From a virus (Duplodnaviria > Caudoviricetes): DNA of 53,001 nt. The DNA lies in IMG/VR virus record IMGVR_UViG_3300030102_005935, positions 1 through 53,001 of that record. One strand, given 5' to 3'. Within the stretch, counting starts at the first letter, position 1; each line of letters begins with the position of its first letter. The notes beneath the pieces were generated by a model. It had not been told where the DNA came from, searched no databases, and saw nothing but the letters and a program-made list of their open reading frames with translations. Position numbers and translations under genes: made by a program. Of this stretch, positions 18,256 to 28,200 are shown one piece after another.

Positions 18256-19656
18256 GTGCAATCGTTATCACTTGAAGCAATTGAGGAAATTGACTTTGAG
18301 GTAGCGAAGCGTGATTTCAAATTCTTCTTTGAAGAAATACTTGGGTTTCAACTATCTTGGCATCACGAACAGTGGTTCAACAATCTTGAGTCGCGTAAAA
18401 GATACTGTGTAAAAGCGGCGCGTGACCACGGTAAATCAACGCTGTTCCTCGGCTACATGTTGTGGAAAACTGCATTCAATCCTAAAACCAAAGCAGTATT
18501 GATTTCACACAGTTTGCATCAGTCTATACACCACATGCGCACGCTCAATGATTTGATTGACAGTGTGCCGTTTCTTGCTAAGATGAAAAAGCCGGATTCG
18601 TGGTCAAAGACATTTTTTGGTTTTTCTAATGGTTCTAACATTAGCGCGAAGTCGGTTGGTGGTGCTATCCGTGGTATCCACCCCGACCTCATTCTATGCG
18701 ACGACATTCTGTGGGGAACAACCGACACAGAACTTGCTCGCGTTGCATCATGGTTTTACGAAGTCCTTGTCCCGACGCTCCACCACACCTCAAAACTAAT
18801 GATAGTCGGGACACCCTTTACTCCAACTGATTTATACACAGAACTTGAAAGTCGCGATGGGTATCTTGTTGAGACATATCCGGCTATCAATGTCAAAGGT
18901 GAAGCGTTATGGCCGGAGCGTTGGGATTTAGAATCATTAGATGCGCGCAGAAATGATATGCCAGCAATTGCATTTGCTCGCGAATACCTGTGTGAACCAA
19001 TGGACGATGTATCAAGTCTCTTCCCGTCAACTATTCTTCAAGCCGCTAAAGACTCATCATTGAAACTAATAGAGCGCGAGGTAGGCGACCCCGATGACCA
19101 ATACTTCATTGGTTGGGACCCTGCGATTTCATCGGACAGAAGTGCAGACTATACTGTAATGGTGGTGCTTCGTCGCCCATCAACTAACCCCGAAATGCTT
19201 GAGTTAGTTCACGCAATCCGTCGTAAGAACATGGACTTCCGCACACAGATTACTGAGATACAAAGACTCAACGCGAAGTTTAATCCCGATGTAATTGAAC
19301 TTGAGGCTAACAACTTCCAGCGTGTGTTTGCAACTGAACTTCGCGCTGATACAGATTTACCAATCAAGACCTTCATTTCCACACGCCAACGCCGTGAGTC
19401 GCTTCTCATGGGTTTGGTGTTGCGCTTTGAGAAAGAGCAAATCCGTTTGCCGTGGGGTGATGACCGTTCTCGCACGCTGATGTCCGAACTTGAGCGAGAG
19501 TTGCTTATGTTTGGTATGAGCAAGAAAGGTCGGCTTGACAGTATTGGTAGGCACGATGACTTTGCTATTGCTCTTGCGTTGGCGCATTGGGCGACCACGG
19601 AGTTCCGTGAGCGCATTGTGGACTTAGATGAAATAATGGCGGGGTTGTTAGATTGA
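18256..19656 (+). CDS. terL: Terminase large subunit
   Basis: Walker A ARDHGKST, Walker B LILCDD, coupling motif VGTP, RNase H-like nuclease IGWDPA...DYT, terminal HDDFAIALALA. Confidence 0.96.
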   Translation: MQSLSLEAIEEIDFEVAKRDFKFFFEEILGFQLSWHHEQWFNNLESRKRYCVKAARDHGKSTLFLGYMLWKTAFNPKTKAVLISHSLHQSIHHMRTLNDLIDSVPFLAKMKKPDSWSKTFFGFSNGSNISAKSVGGAIRGIHPDLILCDDILWGTTDTELARVASWFYEVLVPTLHHTSKLMIVGTPFTPTDLYTELESRDGYLVETYPAINVKGEALWPERWDLESLDARRNDMPAIAFAREYLCEPMDDVSSLFPSTILQAAKDSSLKLIEREVGDPDDQYFIGWDPAISSDRSADYTVMVVLRRPSTNPEMLELVHAIRRKNMDFRTQITEIQRLNAKFNPDVIELEANNFQRVFATELRADTDLPIKTFISTRQRRESLLMGLVLRFEKEQIRLPWGDDRSRTLMSELERELLMFGMSKKGRLDSIGRHDDFAIALALAHWATTEFRERIVDLDEIMAGLLD

Positions 19657-19853
19657 GCGATTGTAATTGTGAATTTTGTGTAGGAACGAATGCGGCTTTT
19701 GATATGCTTGAAAAGAAATTATGTCCAGCGGGTAAGGCCGCGGCGAAGCGTAAATTCAAGGTTTATCCAAGCGCGTATGCAAATGGTTGGGCTGTTCAAT
19801 ATTGTCGCGGCAAGTTCCGTGGTAAAAAGAAGAAAGGAGGCAAGAAAAAATGA
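19653..19853 (+). CDS. Small basic protein, 66 aa
   Basis: AKRKFKVYPSAYANGW motif, which I recall from marine phage proteins; N-terminal CNCEFC. Confidence 0.75.
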   Translation: MSDCNCEFCVGTNAAFDMLEKKLCPAGKAAAKRKFKVYPSAYANGWAVQYCRGKFRGKKKKGGKKK

Positions 19854-20014
19854 AACTCAAAAAAGACAAATGCTGTTGTGGCGGAACGAAAGATACACCA
19901 TGTGTTTGTATGATTGAAGGTAATCAATGCTCCGCTAAAAAACCTAAATGTCCTTGTTATAGATTAATGGATAAACAAAAAACTGCTTTGAAAAAGATGG
20001 TGCGAATAGTATGA
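19850..20014 (+). CDS. Small Cys-rich protein, 54 aa (not in the ORF track)
   Basis: MKLKKDKCCCGGTKDTPCVCMIEGNQCSAKKPKCPCYRLMDKQKTALKKMVRIV; GGAGG SD; ATGA overlaps at both ends. Confidence 0.75.
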   Translation: MKLKKDKCCCGGTKDTPCVCMIEGNQCSAKKPKCPCYRLMDKQKTALKKMVRIV

Positions 20015-20316
20015 CAGTTGAAAAGAATTTGAATCGTTGGTTCAAGGAGAAATGGGTTGATGTTTCTCGTAAAAAGAAAGACGGTTCACACCCTCCATGT
20101 GGGCGAAGTAAAGCCAAGACTTCTTCAAAGGGTTATCCAAAATGTCGTCCTTCTGTTAAGGTATCAAGTAAAACTCCAAAGACTTCCGGCTCTATGTCCG
20201 AGGGTCAAAAACGCGCGGCAACAAAACGCAAACGCAGTAAAAAACAAGGTGTGGGTGGTAAGCCGACCATCGTTAAGGCAATGGACGATGCTTGGTTGAT
20301 GCTCAAAGGTAGGTGA
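20011..20316 (+). CDS. Small basic protein, 101 aa
   Basis: LNRWFKEKWVD..PCGRS...YPKCRP motif, which I recall from marine phage proteins; ends AMDDAWLMLKGR. Confidence 0.8.
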   Translation: MTVEKNLNRWFKEKWVDVSRKKKDGSHPPCGRSKAKTSSKGYPKCRPSVKVSSKTPKTSGSMSEGQKRAATKRKRSKKQGVGGKPTIVKAMDDAWLMLKGR

Positions 20317-20320
20317 AAAA

Positions 20321-20734
20321 ATGACAGAATATGAATACATTATGCACGAACCAATAACAGCCGAAGAATTAGCAATGATGAACGATGAAGATATATCAAA
20401 AGAAGTATCTTTTTGTTCGTGCTGTTCACCGTTTGATATAGCAAGTTCTGTGTTGAAAGCGAAGAAAAAAAGCAAACCGTTTCACGGTTATAACCCAAAC
20501 AAGCACAGTCGTAAAGGTGGATTGAACGCTAAAGGTCGCGCTGCCGCCAAGCGTAAAAGCGGTGCTAATCTCAAACCTCCTGTAACTACCAAACCAAGTA
20601 AGTTGAAACCGGGTGGTAAGAAAGCCAAGAGGCGTAAATCATTCTGTGCAAGAATGGGAGGCGTGAAAGGACCAACCAGTAAAGGCGGTAAATTGACACC
20701 GAAAGGTGCAGCATTGAAAAGGTGGAACTGTTGA
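20321..20734 (+). CDS. Small basic protein (DUF6321-like)
   Basis: GGLNAKGR..NLKPPV..RRKSFCARM..ALKRWNC; acidic N-terminal leader. Confidence 0.8.
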   Translation: MTEYEYIMHEPITAEELAMMNDEDISKEVSFCSCCSPFDIASSVLKAKKKSKPFHGYNPNKHSRKGGLNAKGRAAAKRKSGANLKPPVTTKPSKLKPGGKKAKRRKSFCARMGGVKGPTSKGGKLTPKGAALKRWNC

Positions 20735-20877
20735 TGGATTGTTTCAAAGGCTGTTGTTATACAACCAATGATGGCTACCCGTTTGGGTATTGCCGAAAAT
20801 GTTGGTTGGCTAACGGCAGTCCTCAACCGGTCGGTGGAGGTTTTATTGACCCAATAGGTGGTGAAGATGAAAATTGA
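20734..20877 (+). CDS. Small Cys-rich protein, 47 aa (not in the ORF track)
   Basis: MDCFKGCCYTTNDGYPFGYCRKCWLANGSPQPVGGGFIDPIGGEDEN; TGATG coupling; fills the gap exactly. Confidence 0.6.
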   Translation: MDCFKGCCYTTNDGYPFGYCRKCWLANGSPQPVGGGFIDPIGGEDEN

Positions 20878-22258
20878 TTTAGCCGATGAAACGGCTTTTA
20901 TTGATATGATTTTGAAAAACACCATTCGTGGTGCTTCAATAGGCGATGGTCCACAACCAATTAATCAAGGACAAGGTGAAGTGAATGCAAATCCTGTGCC
21001 ACCTCCACCGAATGAAGTTGAAGAAGAAGAAGAGAAGAAAGAAATGGCTAAAGAAGTCGCGCAACAACTTAAGCGTTCATTACCCGACGGTGGTTGGTTT
21101 CAATCAATGTTCGGTCGCGGTGCTGGTGATTTAGTCAAAGATTTGAGAATGGCTCGTCGTGAACATAAGGATATGCGCGACGCTATTGATTACGCTATTG
21201 ATGCTATCCGTATTGCAAAAAAGCAAGAGGTTGAGGCTACCCTTCAATCAATTGAATGGATTGGCAAACATGAACAAACAGTTCGTAATCTCGGTATTAG
21301 TGAGCGCGATTTACAAGCATTGCGTAAGCATGGACACACACGCGAATATGCACTTCGTCGTGCTTGTGCGCAATGGGAGAAAGCCAACGACACTATCAGT
21401 AAATTATTGCTACTTGAAGGAGATTTCAATGATGAGCAAAGACAAATGTGGGTTGATGCTCAACAACTAAAGAAGAACTCAAAGAAAGAATGGCGTAACA
21501 CTTTACATTCAATTGATAACATCAAAAAAACAGATGCTATATTTTTAACAAAGGCCGCAAGAATACTTGAAGAGCGCGGTCCTTTACCCGCTAATGAAAT
21601 ATTTGCCAGTATGGAAAAAACAAAATCTTTGTCAACAAATCAATTAAGCGCGCTATTCAAAATGTATGGTGTTGATTACGATATTGAGAAGGTTGGTGCT
21701 GGTTGGGGTATAGTCCGCGATGAATCGGTAATTTTCAAAGATGTATGGGCTTACGCTGCTGGATTCCTTGATGCTGATGGATATATCACAATCACAAAGC
21801 GTCTTGAACCGAGGGCTGGTTTTATCGCTACCGGTGAAAGAGGTAAAATGCATTGCGAGCAATTACACAAGGCTCTTGGTTGCGGCGTTCTTCAAACAGA
21901 TTTGAAGATACATAAAAATAGCAGACGCACACAGCACAGACTTCAATTTTACAGTGAAGATGATTTGCGTAAATTGATGAAAGGGTTGCGACCACATCTC
22001 CGCATGAAGAAAGGTCAAGCGGGTGCTGTTCTTGAGTTGCTTGATTTGCGCGGTCGTAAAACAGACATAATCAAATCACGCCGCGATGAGTTGTATCGTA
22101 TAGTGAAATGGTTGAATTGGAAAGATGTTCCCGACAAGCGTGAAGAATTGCTTAAAGAGTGGAACATTGATGAAGCCGGACTTCATGCCATGTTTAATCG
22201 GGACGGCGAAACCCTCCGTCTTCTTGACGACGCTAACCGACTTGTGGAGATGATATGA
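20858..22258 (+). CDS. Protein with C-terminal LAGLIDADG endonuclease-like domain (likely start at the MKID ATG a few codons in)
   Basis: YAAGFLDADGYI motif followed by typical beta strands and LRPHLRMKKGQA; long helical N-terminal region. Confidence 0.85.
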   Translation: MVKMKIDLADETAFIDMILKNTIRGASIGDGPQPINQGQGEVNANPVPPPPNEVEEEEEKKEMAKEVAQQLKRSLPDGGWFQSMFGRGAGDLVKDLRMARREHKDMRDAIDYAIDAIRIAKKQEVEATLQSIEWIGKHEQTVRNLGISERDLQALRKHGHTREYALRRACAQWEKANDTISKLLLLEGDFNDEQRQMWVDAQQLKKNSKKEWRNTLHSIDNIKKTDAIFLTKAARILEERGPLPANEIFASMEKTKSLSTNQLSALFKMYGVDYDIEKVGAGWGIVRDESVIFKDVWAYAAGFLDADGYITITKRLEPRAGFIATGERGKMHCEQLHKALGCGVLQTDLKIHKNSRRTQHRLQFYSEDDLRKLMKGLRPHLRMKKGQAGAVLELLDLRGRKTDIIKSRRDELYRIVKWLNWKDVPDKREELLKEWNIDEAGLHAMFNRDGETLRLLDDANRLVEMI

Positions 22259-24105
22259 TGGCAGAAGAAAAAGGACTGGTCGGGCGTTTTTTGTCAAGAT
22301 TGACAAAACCGTTCAACCGCCGAACAACACCCGAACCTATGATGCCCTTATGGAAGACGGGCATTCAAGAACCCGTTTTAGTTCAAGGTGTATCAATACC
22401 CGCCCTTTATGCGACAGTTCAAGAATCAATAATCTTGAGAACAACAATCAACACCTTATGTCAAGAAATATTCCGCCGTGGATATTATTGGGAGAAAAAG
22501 TTTCACAAGAAATGCACTAATTGTGATGAAGAATATCAACATGATACTGTTAATGAATGCCGTATTTGTGGTAATGAAGAGTTTGACAGCCCCGATGCTG
22601 ACCAAATACTATACCCGCGCTGGTTGTTAAAGCAACGCAACAGTATGGACCAATCATTTATTGAAGTGATGAAAGAGATTGAATGGGATTTAGATATTGT
22701 TGATGATGCGTTTTTGTTGCTCATCAAAGAATATTTCATTGACCCAAAGAGCGGTGAAATAGAATTCTTCCGCGTCAAAGAGTTGGTGCGCGGCGACCCT
22801 ACATTCATGAGAATAGTTGCTGATAAAGCAGGTAAGCGCGGAGGCAGATATTTACTGTGTCCTGTCCATCGTGATAAAACATATCCACATAACGGCGACC
22901 ACAGTAAATGTGAAGTCTGTTCTCTCCCTCTTCAAGATGTTCATTACATCAACACAGCCGGTAGCGGTAAAACGCAATATTACATTGACGGAGAAGTGTT
23001 GCATCTATCTAAATTCAATCCGTCTAAACTATACGGGCGTTCACCTGTTGCCAGTATGTGGAGACAAGCGCAATCACTTACTGCTATGGATAACTACATT
23101 TATCTTGCATATCAAAAGCGACGAATACCGCGTGGTGTTCTTGCTATTACTACTGATAACATTCAATCAACTGCATCATTTTGGAAAGGTGCAGAAGAAA
23201 AGATGGAGCGCGACCCACACTACATACCAAAGGTTGGTGTTGAATCTTCATCGGGTCGTGGTAAGGTTGAGTTTGTTCGTTTCATGGACAGCCTTGATGA
23301 GATGCAATACGCGCAAGTCCGTGATGAGATAAGAATGCGCATCGCGGCATTTTATGGTGTATCTAATGTTTTCATGATGGACGCTGGTAAGTCCGGTGGT
23401 TTGAACAACGAAGGTATGCAAATACTTGTAACAAACCGAGCGGTTGAATCCGGTCAAAAGTTATATTCACGCGAATTGTTCCCAAGAATGTTAGACCAAA
23501 TGGGAGTTGAAGATTGGTGTTTGACACTATATCCAAACGAAGAAGAAGATGAAATCACAAGACTCCGCCGCGATGAGCAAGAAGTCAACATTGCACAGCG
23601 TATGCAAGCACTTGGATTCCAACCGGAATTGACCGAAGATGCTGGTCGCGATATACGCTTCGTTTACAAGAAACCCGACCCACAAGAAGCCATGATGCAA
23701 CAACAGGCTGGCGGTGCGGGAGGAATGCCTATGCCACCGGGTGGTGGCGGAATGCCACCAATGGGTGGCGGTATGGCTCCACCTATGCCGCCGGGGGGCG
23801 GCTTACCTCCACAGGGTGGGGGTCCGATGATGCCACCGGGGGCAGGGGCTTCGCCACCGGGCGGGGGAGGACTCCCACCGGGCGGCGCGCCGATTATGAT
23901 GATGGAGAAAGCGATAGGTTTGGGTGAAAGCACTGGTCAACGCGACCGCGGACCTGCACCTATCAGTTCCGAAACTCATCAATCGGGCGCACCGTCAACA
24001 AAAAAGAACCAACGCGGAGCAAAAAAGACACCGTTGGAACAAGCACTTGATAGCGTTCAAGCCGCGAAAGACCCTACTTCAAAGCAAAAAGATAGTGGAT
24101 TTTGA
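22255..24105 (+). CDS. Portal protein with Zn-finger insertions and Pro/Gly/Met-rich tail
   Basis: DLDIVDDAF, EVLHLSKFNPSKLYGRSP, RIAAFYGV portal motifs; position between TerL and the head genes. Confidence 0.93.
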   Translation: MMAEEKGLVGRFLSRLTKPFNRRTTPEPMMPLWKTGIQEPVLVQGVSIPALYATVQESIILRTTINTLCQEIFRRGYYWEKKFHKKCTNCDEEYQHDTVNECRICGNEEFDSPDADQILYPRWLLKQRNSMDQSFIEVMKEIEWDLDIVDDAFLLLIKEYFIDPKSGEIEFFRVKELVRGDPTFMRIVADKAGKRGGRYLLCPVHRDKTYPHNGDHSKCEVCSLPLQDVHYINTAGSGKTQYYIDGEVLHLSKFNPSKLYGRSPVASMWRQAQSLTAMDNYIYLAYQKRRIPRGVLAITTDNIQSTASFWKGAEEKMERDPHYIPKVGVESSSGRGKVEFVRFMDSLDEMQYAQVRDEIRMRIAAFYGVSNVFMMDAGKSGGLNNEGMQILVTNRAVESGQKLYSRELFPRMLDQMGVEDWCLTLYPNEEEDEITRLRRDEQEVNIAQRMQALGFQPELTEDAGRDIRFVYKKPDPQEAMMQQQAGGAGGMPMPPGGGGMPPMGGGMAPPMPPGGGLPPQGGGPMMPPGAGASPPGGGGLPPGGAPIMMMEKAIGLGESTGQRDRGPAPISSETHQSGAPSTKKNQRGAKKTPLEQALDSVQAAKDPTSKQKDSGF

Positions 24106-24147
24106 AATAGGGATAACTTAAAGGCATAGCCGCACCTCGTCAGTCGC

Positions 24148-24489
24148 ATGAGCCTACTTGCAAAGATGGACCCGATGGTTCGTAAATTAGAAACTGCAAT
24201 GTCCGAATTTAAGGTCGCGCTTGCGAATAATGACCTTGTATCGGCTGAACAATTTTTGAGAAGTATTCAATCAACAAGCGATTACCTTGCTGATGATGTC
24301 ACCGCGATTTACAAGTCTCAAACTGGCGGAGACAAGGTTATTGGTGTTAACGATAGGTTCGCTGGTGGCTTCCCTGTTGCACAGTTCAACAGCACACAAG
24401 GAGTTATCGCGAAGTCCGGTGATAGACCAATGGGTTACATTGGACCGGACAGAATCGGTGCGCACTTCAAGAAACAAGGACAGGTGTGA
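24148..24489 (+). CDS. Hypothetical head-module protein, 113 aa
   Basis: ORF with a candidate TATA (CTTAAAGG) 31 nt upstream, possibly leaderless. Confidence 0.8.
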   Translation: MSLLAKMDPMVRKLETAMSEFKVALANNDLVSAEQFLRSIQSTSDYLADDVTAIYKSQTGGDKVIGVNDRFAGGFPVAQFNSTQGVIAKSGDRPMGYIGPDRIGAHFKKQGQV

Positions 24490-24839
24490 GTGTGTCGGAA
24501 GAATCAGCAGATGCTATGGTATTGATGAAAGCCCTCATCAGTAAAATGGAGTCAATGGACGCTGAAATCAACGCCATGCGCAAAAGTATAGACACACCGG
24601 AGATATTGCTAAAACGCGCTGGATTTGTAAGAGCCAACACCCCTGCTAACGAAGATGTATGGGGCGACCCACTCCGCGGCGACCGTGATGATGTCATCAG
24701 CAAAGCCGCTGCTGCTATTGATGATGCAGGTATGAGTATGCCGGAGTCAAACGAAGCGTGGCATGAAATGTCATGGGAGGAAATTCACGCGATGGCTGAT
24801 ACAGCCGCGCAAGCAGAAGGAAGGAGGATTGACCAATGA
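24486..24839 (+). CDS. Hypothetical scaffold-like protein, 117 aa
   Basis: Coiled coil plus C-terminal MSWEEIHAMA resembling the protease-scaffold C-terminus. Confidence 0.8.
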   Translation: MSVSEESADAMVLMKALISKMESMDAEINAMRKSIDTPEILLKRAGFVRANTPANEDVWGDPLRGDRDDVISKAAAAIDDAGMSMPESNEAWHEMSWEEIHAMADTAAQAEGRRIDQ

Positions 24840-25192
24840 AGCCAATGAAAGTTGACGCAGGTGAACATGCACCCGATGTTGAAGAATTGCTCAAGCAAGC
24901 AAATGAATTAATGGAAAAGGCTGAACAAAAAGAAACTGATAAATTTGGTTCCGAACATGGTGATTTATTTGTCAATGTTACAGGTAAGGACAAGCCTGTG
25001 AAAACTGGATATTATGATACTAATCAGCGACGCATAGAAATCAAAGATGTTCCTAAGAAGAAACCAAAGAAGGAGGAAGTAAAATTAACTCCTATTGGTT
25101 ATCCATATCCACTTGAGGCGCGCGAAAACAAGAAGGGCGACCCATCGGACAAGAACCCCGAATCAGCATACAACCTCACAGACTATCTATGA
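24836..25192 (+). CDS. Hypothetical charged protein, 118 aa
   Basis: GGAGG SD, ATGA overlap. Confidence 0.8.
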   Translation: MKPMKVDAGEHAPDVEELLKQANELMEKAEQKETDKFGSEHGDLFVNVTGKDKPVKTGYYDTNQRRIEIKDVPKKKPKKEEVKLTPIGYPYPLEARENKKGDPSDKNPESAYNLTDYL

Positions 25193-25203
25193 GGTGATGA
25201 AGT

Positions 25204-28200
25204 GTGCGCGAAGATGCTTTACAATACCATCAGCGCATGGTGAATCAGTTTGCACAAGCAATCATCAACAAACAAGATGCTCGCGATGAAGCGGTCAATC
25301 TTCTGTTAAGTGCAAACAACTTAGAGAACAATGGATACGCGTATCCTATATTCAAGGAGCAAGCAGAAGACTTCCTCAAACCTTTGTTGGAAATCAAAAA
25401 CCCCTCCGATAAAGGTATGGAGAGGATATTTTCATCAAAGACTACGCGACATGAACCCACACCTACTCGTCATCACAAAGCGAGAGGGTTGTTTCATAGC
25501 GACGATTGGGTTAAAGCAATGATGGAAGGCAACGAAAATGCAATTGATATGATGGTTAGGTTGTTTGCTGGTAGGAGATTCAAAGACACTATACCCGACA
25601 TCGCTGGTCGTGGAGTTGACGGTGTTGTTGGTAAACATTCTAAACTTAAAGCACTCAACCTTCACCCGCCGCGTAAAGGTGAAGTTGCTTTTGGTGAAAA
25701 ATCATTATGGCAACACTTGAGTAAATTCTTGTATGGTAATGGTGGTGCAAACGCTGAACGGTTAAACGATGCGATGGTTAAGGTCGCTAACAATATGAAT
25801 CCGATTCTCAAACAACCTCATTTATTTAGCAATTGGAGAGGCAACAACGCTACCATAATGAAAATGTATCAGCGCGGAAAAGATGATTTTATCAAAGCCT
25901 TCGGAGAAAGGTTCGGTAAAAATCACCCCTTGTTGTCTTCTAAAATGCTTGATGAATATTATCTAAGACAAAAAAATTGGGAGAACGAAGGCATACCACG
26001 CGAAGAAATTTTTGATGTTCTCTATGAAGAAAATGGAAACCCTGCAAGTAAAAGCAAGAAAAGTGATAAATCCCCTGTTGACCTTTTACGCGAATTAGCA
26101 GACACATACAATGACACAAGGAGAAGACCAAAAGAAGGAGAGGCTAACTTTGGTCGCGTTGGTGATGACGCGTATCGTCTTGGTATAGCGATGTTGCCTT
26201 ATGATGACATTTATCGTATCAAACGATGGATGTTAGAAACCAGCGGTGGTATGAAAGATGACGGCACAGTTGGTAATGATAAGGTCATCAACGAGATACT
26301 TGGACCCGACGCGAGAGGATATATGGCTCATCATGCTTTTATGATTGACAACATGCTTCACACCTTACATGCTGGTGGTGCAGAAAGAAACGGAATGAGT
26401 CATGTATTGCCTAACAGATTCTTGAACAAAACCAAAGAAGAAGTGATGCGTGATATAGATGCGCGACATGAAGAAATTAGAAGGAGATTAAAAGAAGGGC
26501 GATGGGGAACTCTCGGTGATGACGCTTTACAAGATGCATTACAAGGTGTTGATTTCAGCCCAAAGGTGGCAGAATTTGTAAAGAATAGAGATGATGTTAT
26601 AGTGGTTGATGATGATGATAACCCAATATACCCGCATATTGACCACAGTGACTATGGAACATTTGTGTATATGAATTCGGACTTACCCGACATTAGGAAG
26701 TTAAGTGCTTTTGGTTTTTTCAACCAAGAAGAGTTAGATGATTTAATTGAGCGCAGCGTTGTTTCTTACGGGTCAAAAGAATATACTGATTTACTTCGTC
26801 AATCAATCGCTGATTATACTCACACCCATAATATTGAAGATGAATTTGATATGTTGGAAGAGCCGACTATATATCAATCACCGCTTGGTATTTTGATGGA
26901 AGGTGTTGGTAGTAGGAGAGGTAATGCTAACGGCGAATGGGGTGATTTGGGTAATTCTTATGACGAATCAATGCCTAATATGATTCGCGTTAATTTACCA
27001 ACAATAGCGTTTATGATGCCGTCAAGAGGCGAAAGAAGCGGTAGCGGTAGTCAAAAAACTGTTGAACAACAAGACGAGTTTGACCCAAAGAAAGAAACTG
27101 ATGGTCAACTAAGACGAGACTTAGAAGAGGCTTTGCAAAGATACGGTGTTGAAGATGAAGAGAAATACTTGGATATGTTTGACAACGGTAAAGTGGTAAG
27201 TCTTGATGTTCCGCGCAAAGAGATGACTACTCAAGATGTAGCGGAGGGTATAATCAATCCTTATACAGCGGAGAATTACCCCGACTCGCTACCATCTCCG
27301 CTTGGTCAAATAGAACAATATGTGGAGGGTATGCCAACACCTATGTCAATTGCAACTAAAGGGTTGCATTCGTTTTACATGGCTCACAGCAACAACTTCG
27401 GTTTGGGTATGGCGGACTTTAATGGTTTTTTCAGTCTTGACGGTAAGCCCCTAAGAAGCACAGAAACAGCATTGAAAACACCAATGTATTCAACGCGCAA
27501 AGAGCGAGTCAACTCTCAATCAAAAGGTGGAAGAAGTTTATTTGATAGACATCAAATGTCCGGCGACCGTAAAGGTAGCGAAGCGCGACAACTTGGTATA
27601 ACAAAGAATAACCATTCTAATGAGGACAAATTGCTGATAGACGCGTTTTTACTTGGTATGCATCATCCTCTCCATCAACACGATGATGATTCATTTGAGT
27701 TATTCAACGCGCTAATGAACGCGAAAGAAGGAGAAAGAATGGACATTATCAAAAAGAACACACACAAAGACATTATAGGTAGCGGTGGCAGAACTGGTCA
27801 AGATATGTTGAGAGAGTTATTACAAGATGTCACCGAACCATCTCATCATGCAATTTACCACAAAGAAGACTATGATGACCACATGGTTAAGTTGATGAAT
27901 TTCAACGAGCCATACGAATTACCGGAAGCACAAATTAAGGGTATTAAATCGCGCGGAAGACTAATTCAATCAATCAAAGAACTTGACCAACAATATCGTC
28001 GCGCTTTTGAAGAAGGTGATGAAGAAAAGAAGAATGAGTTGCATAAACAGATTGAAACGATGCTGAATGATAAAGACAACATAGTAGGTTATCGTGAACA
28101 TGAAGATGGATTATCCGCGCTTGTCGTCGGTCCAACCCCTTCTTATCTTGCTTCTCAACATTATGCTATGCTTGAGAGCGCGCTACAAAAAGCGCGCAAT

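Noticed and set aside
20858-22258. LAGLIDADG ORF as an intein or group I intron within terminase or portal
   Set aside because: TerL and portal both look complete; no intein N-terminal Cys/Ser or C-terminal His-Asn
23700-23900. GC-rich repeat-like stretch as a mobile element or foreign DNA
   Set aside because: Explained by the Pro/Gly codons of the portal tail
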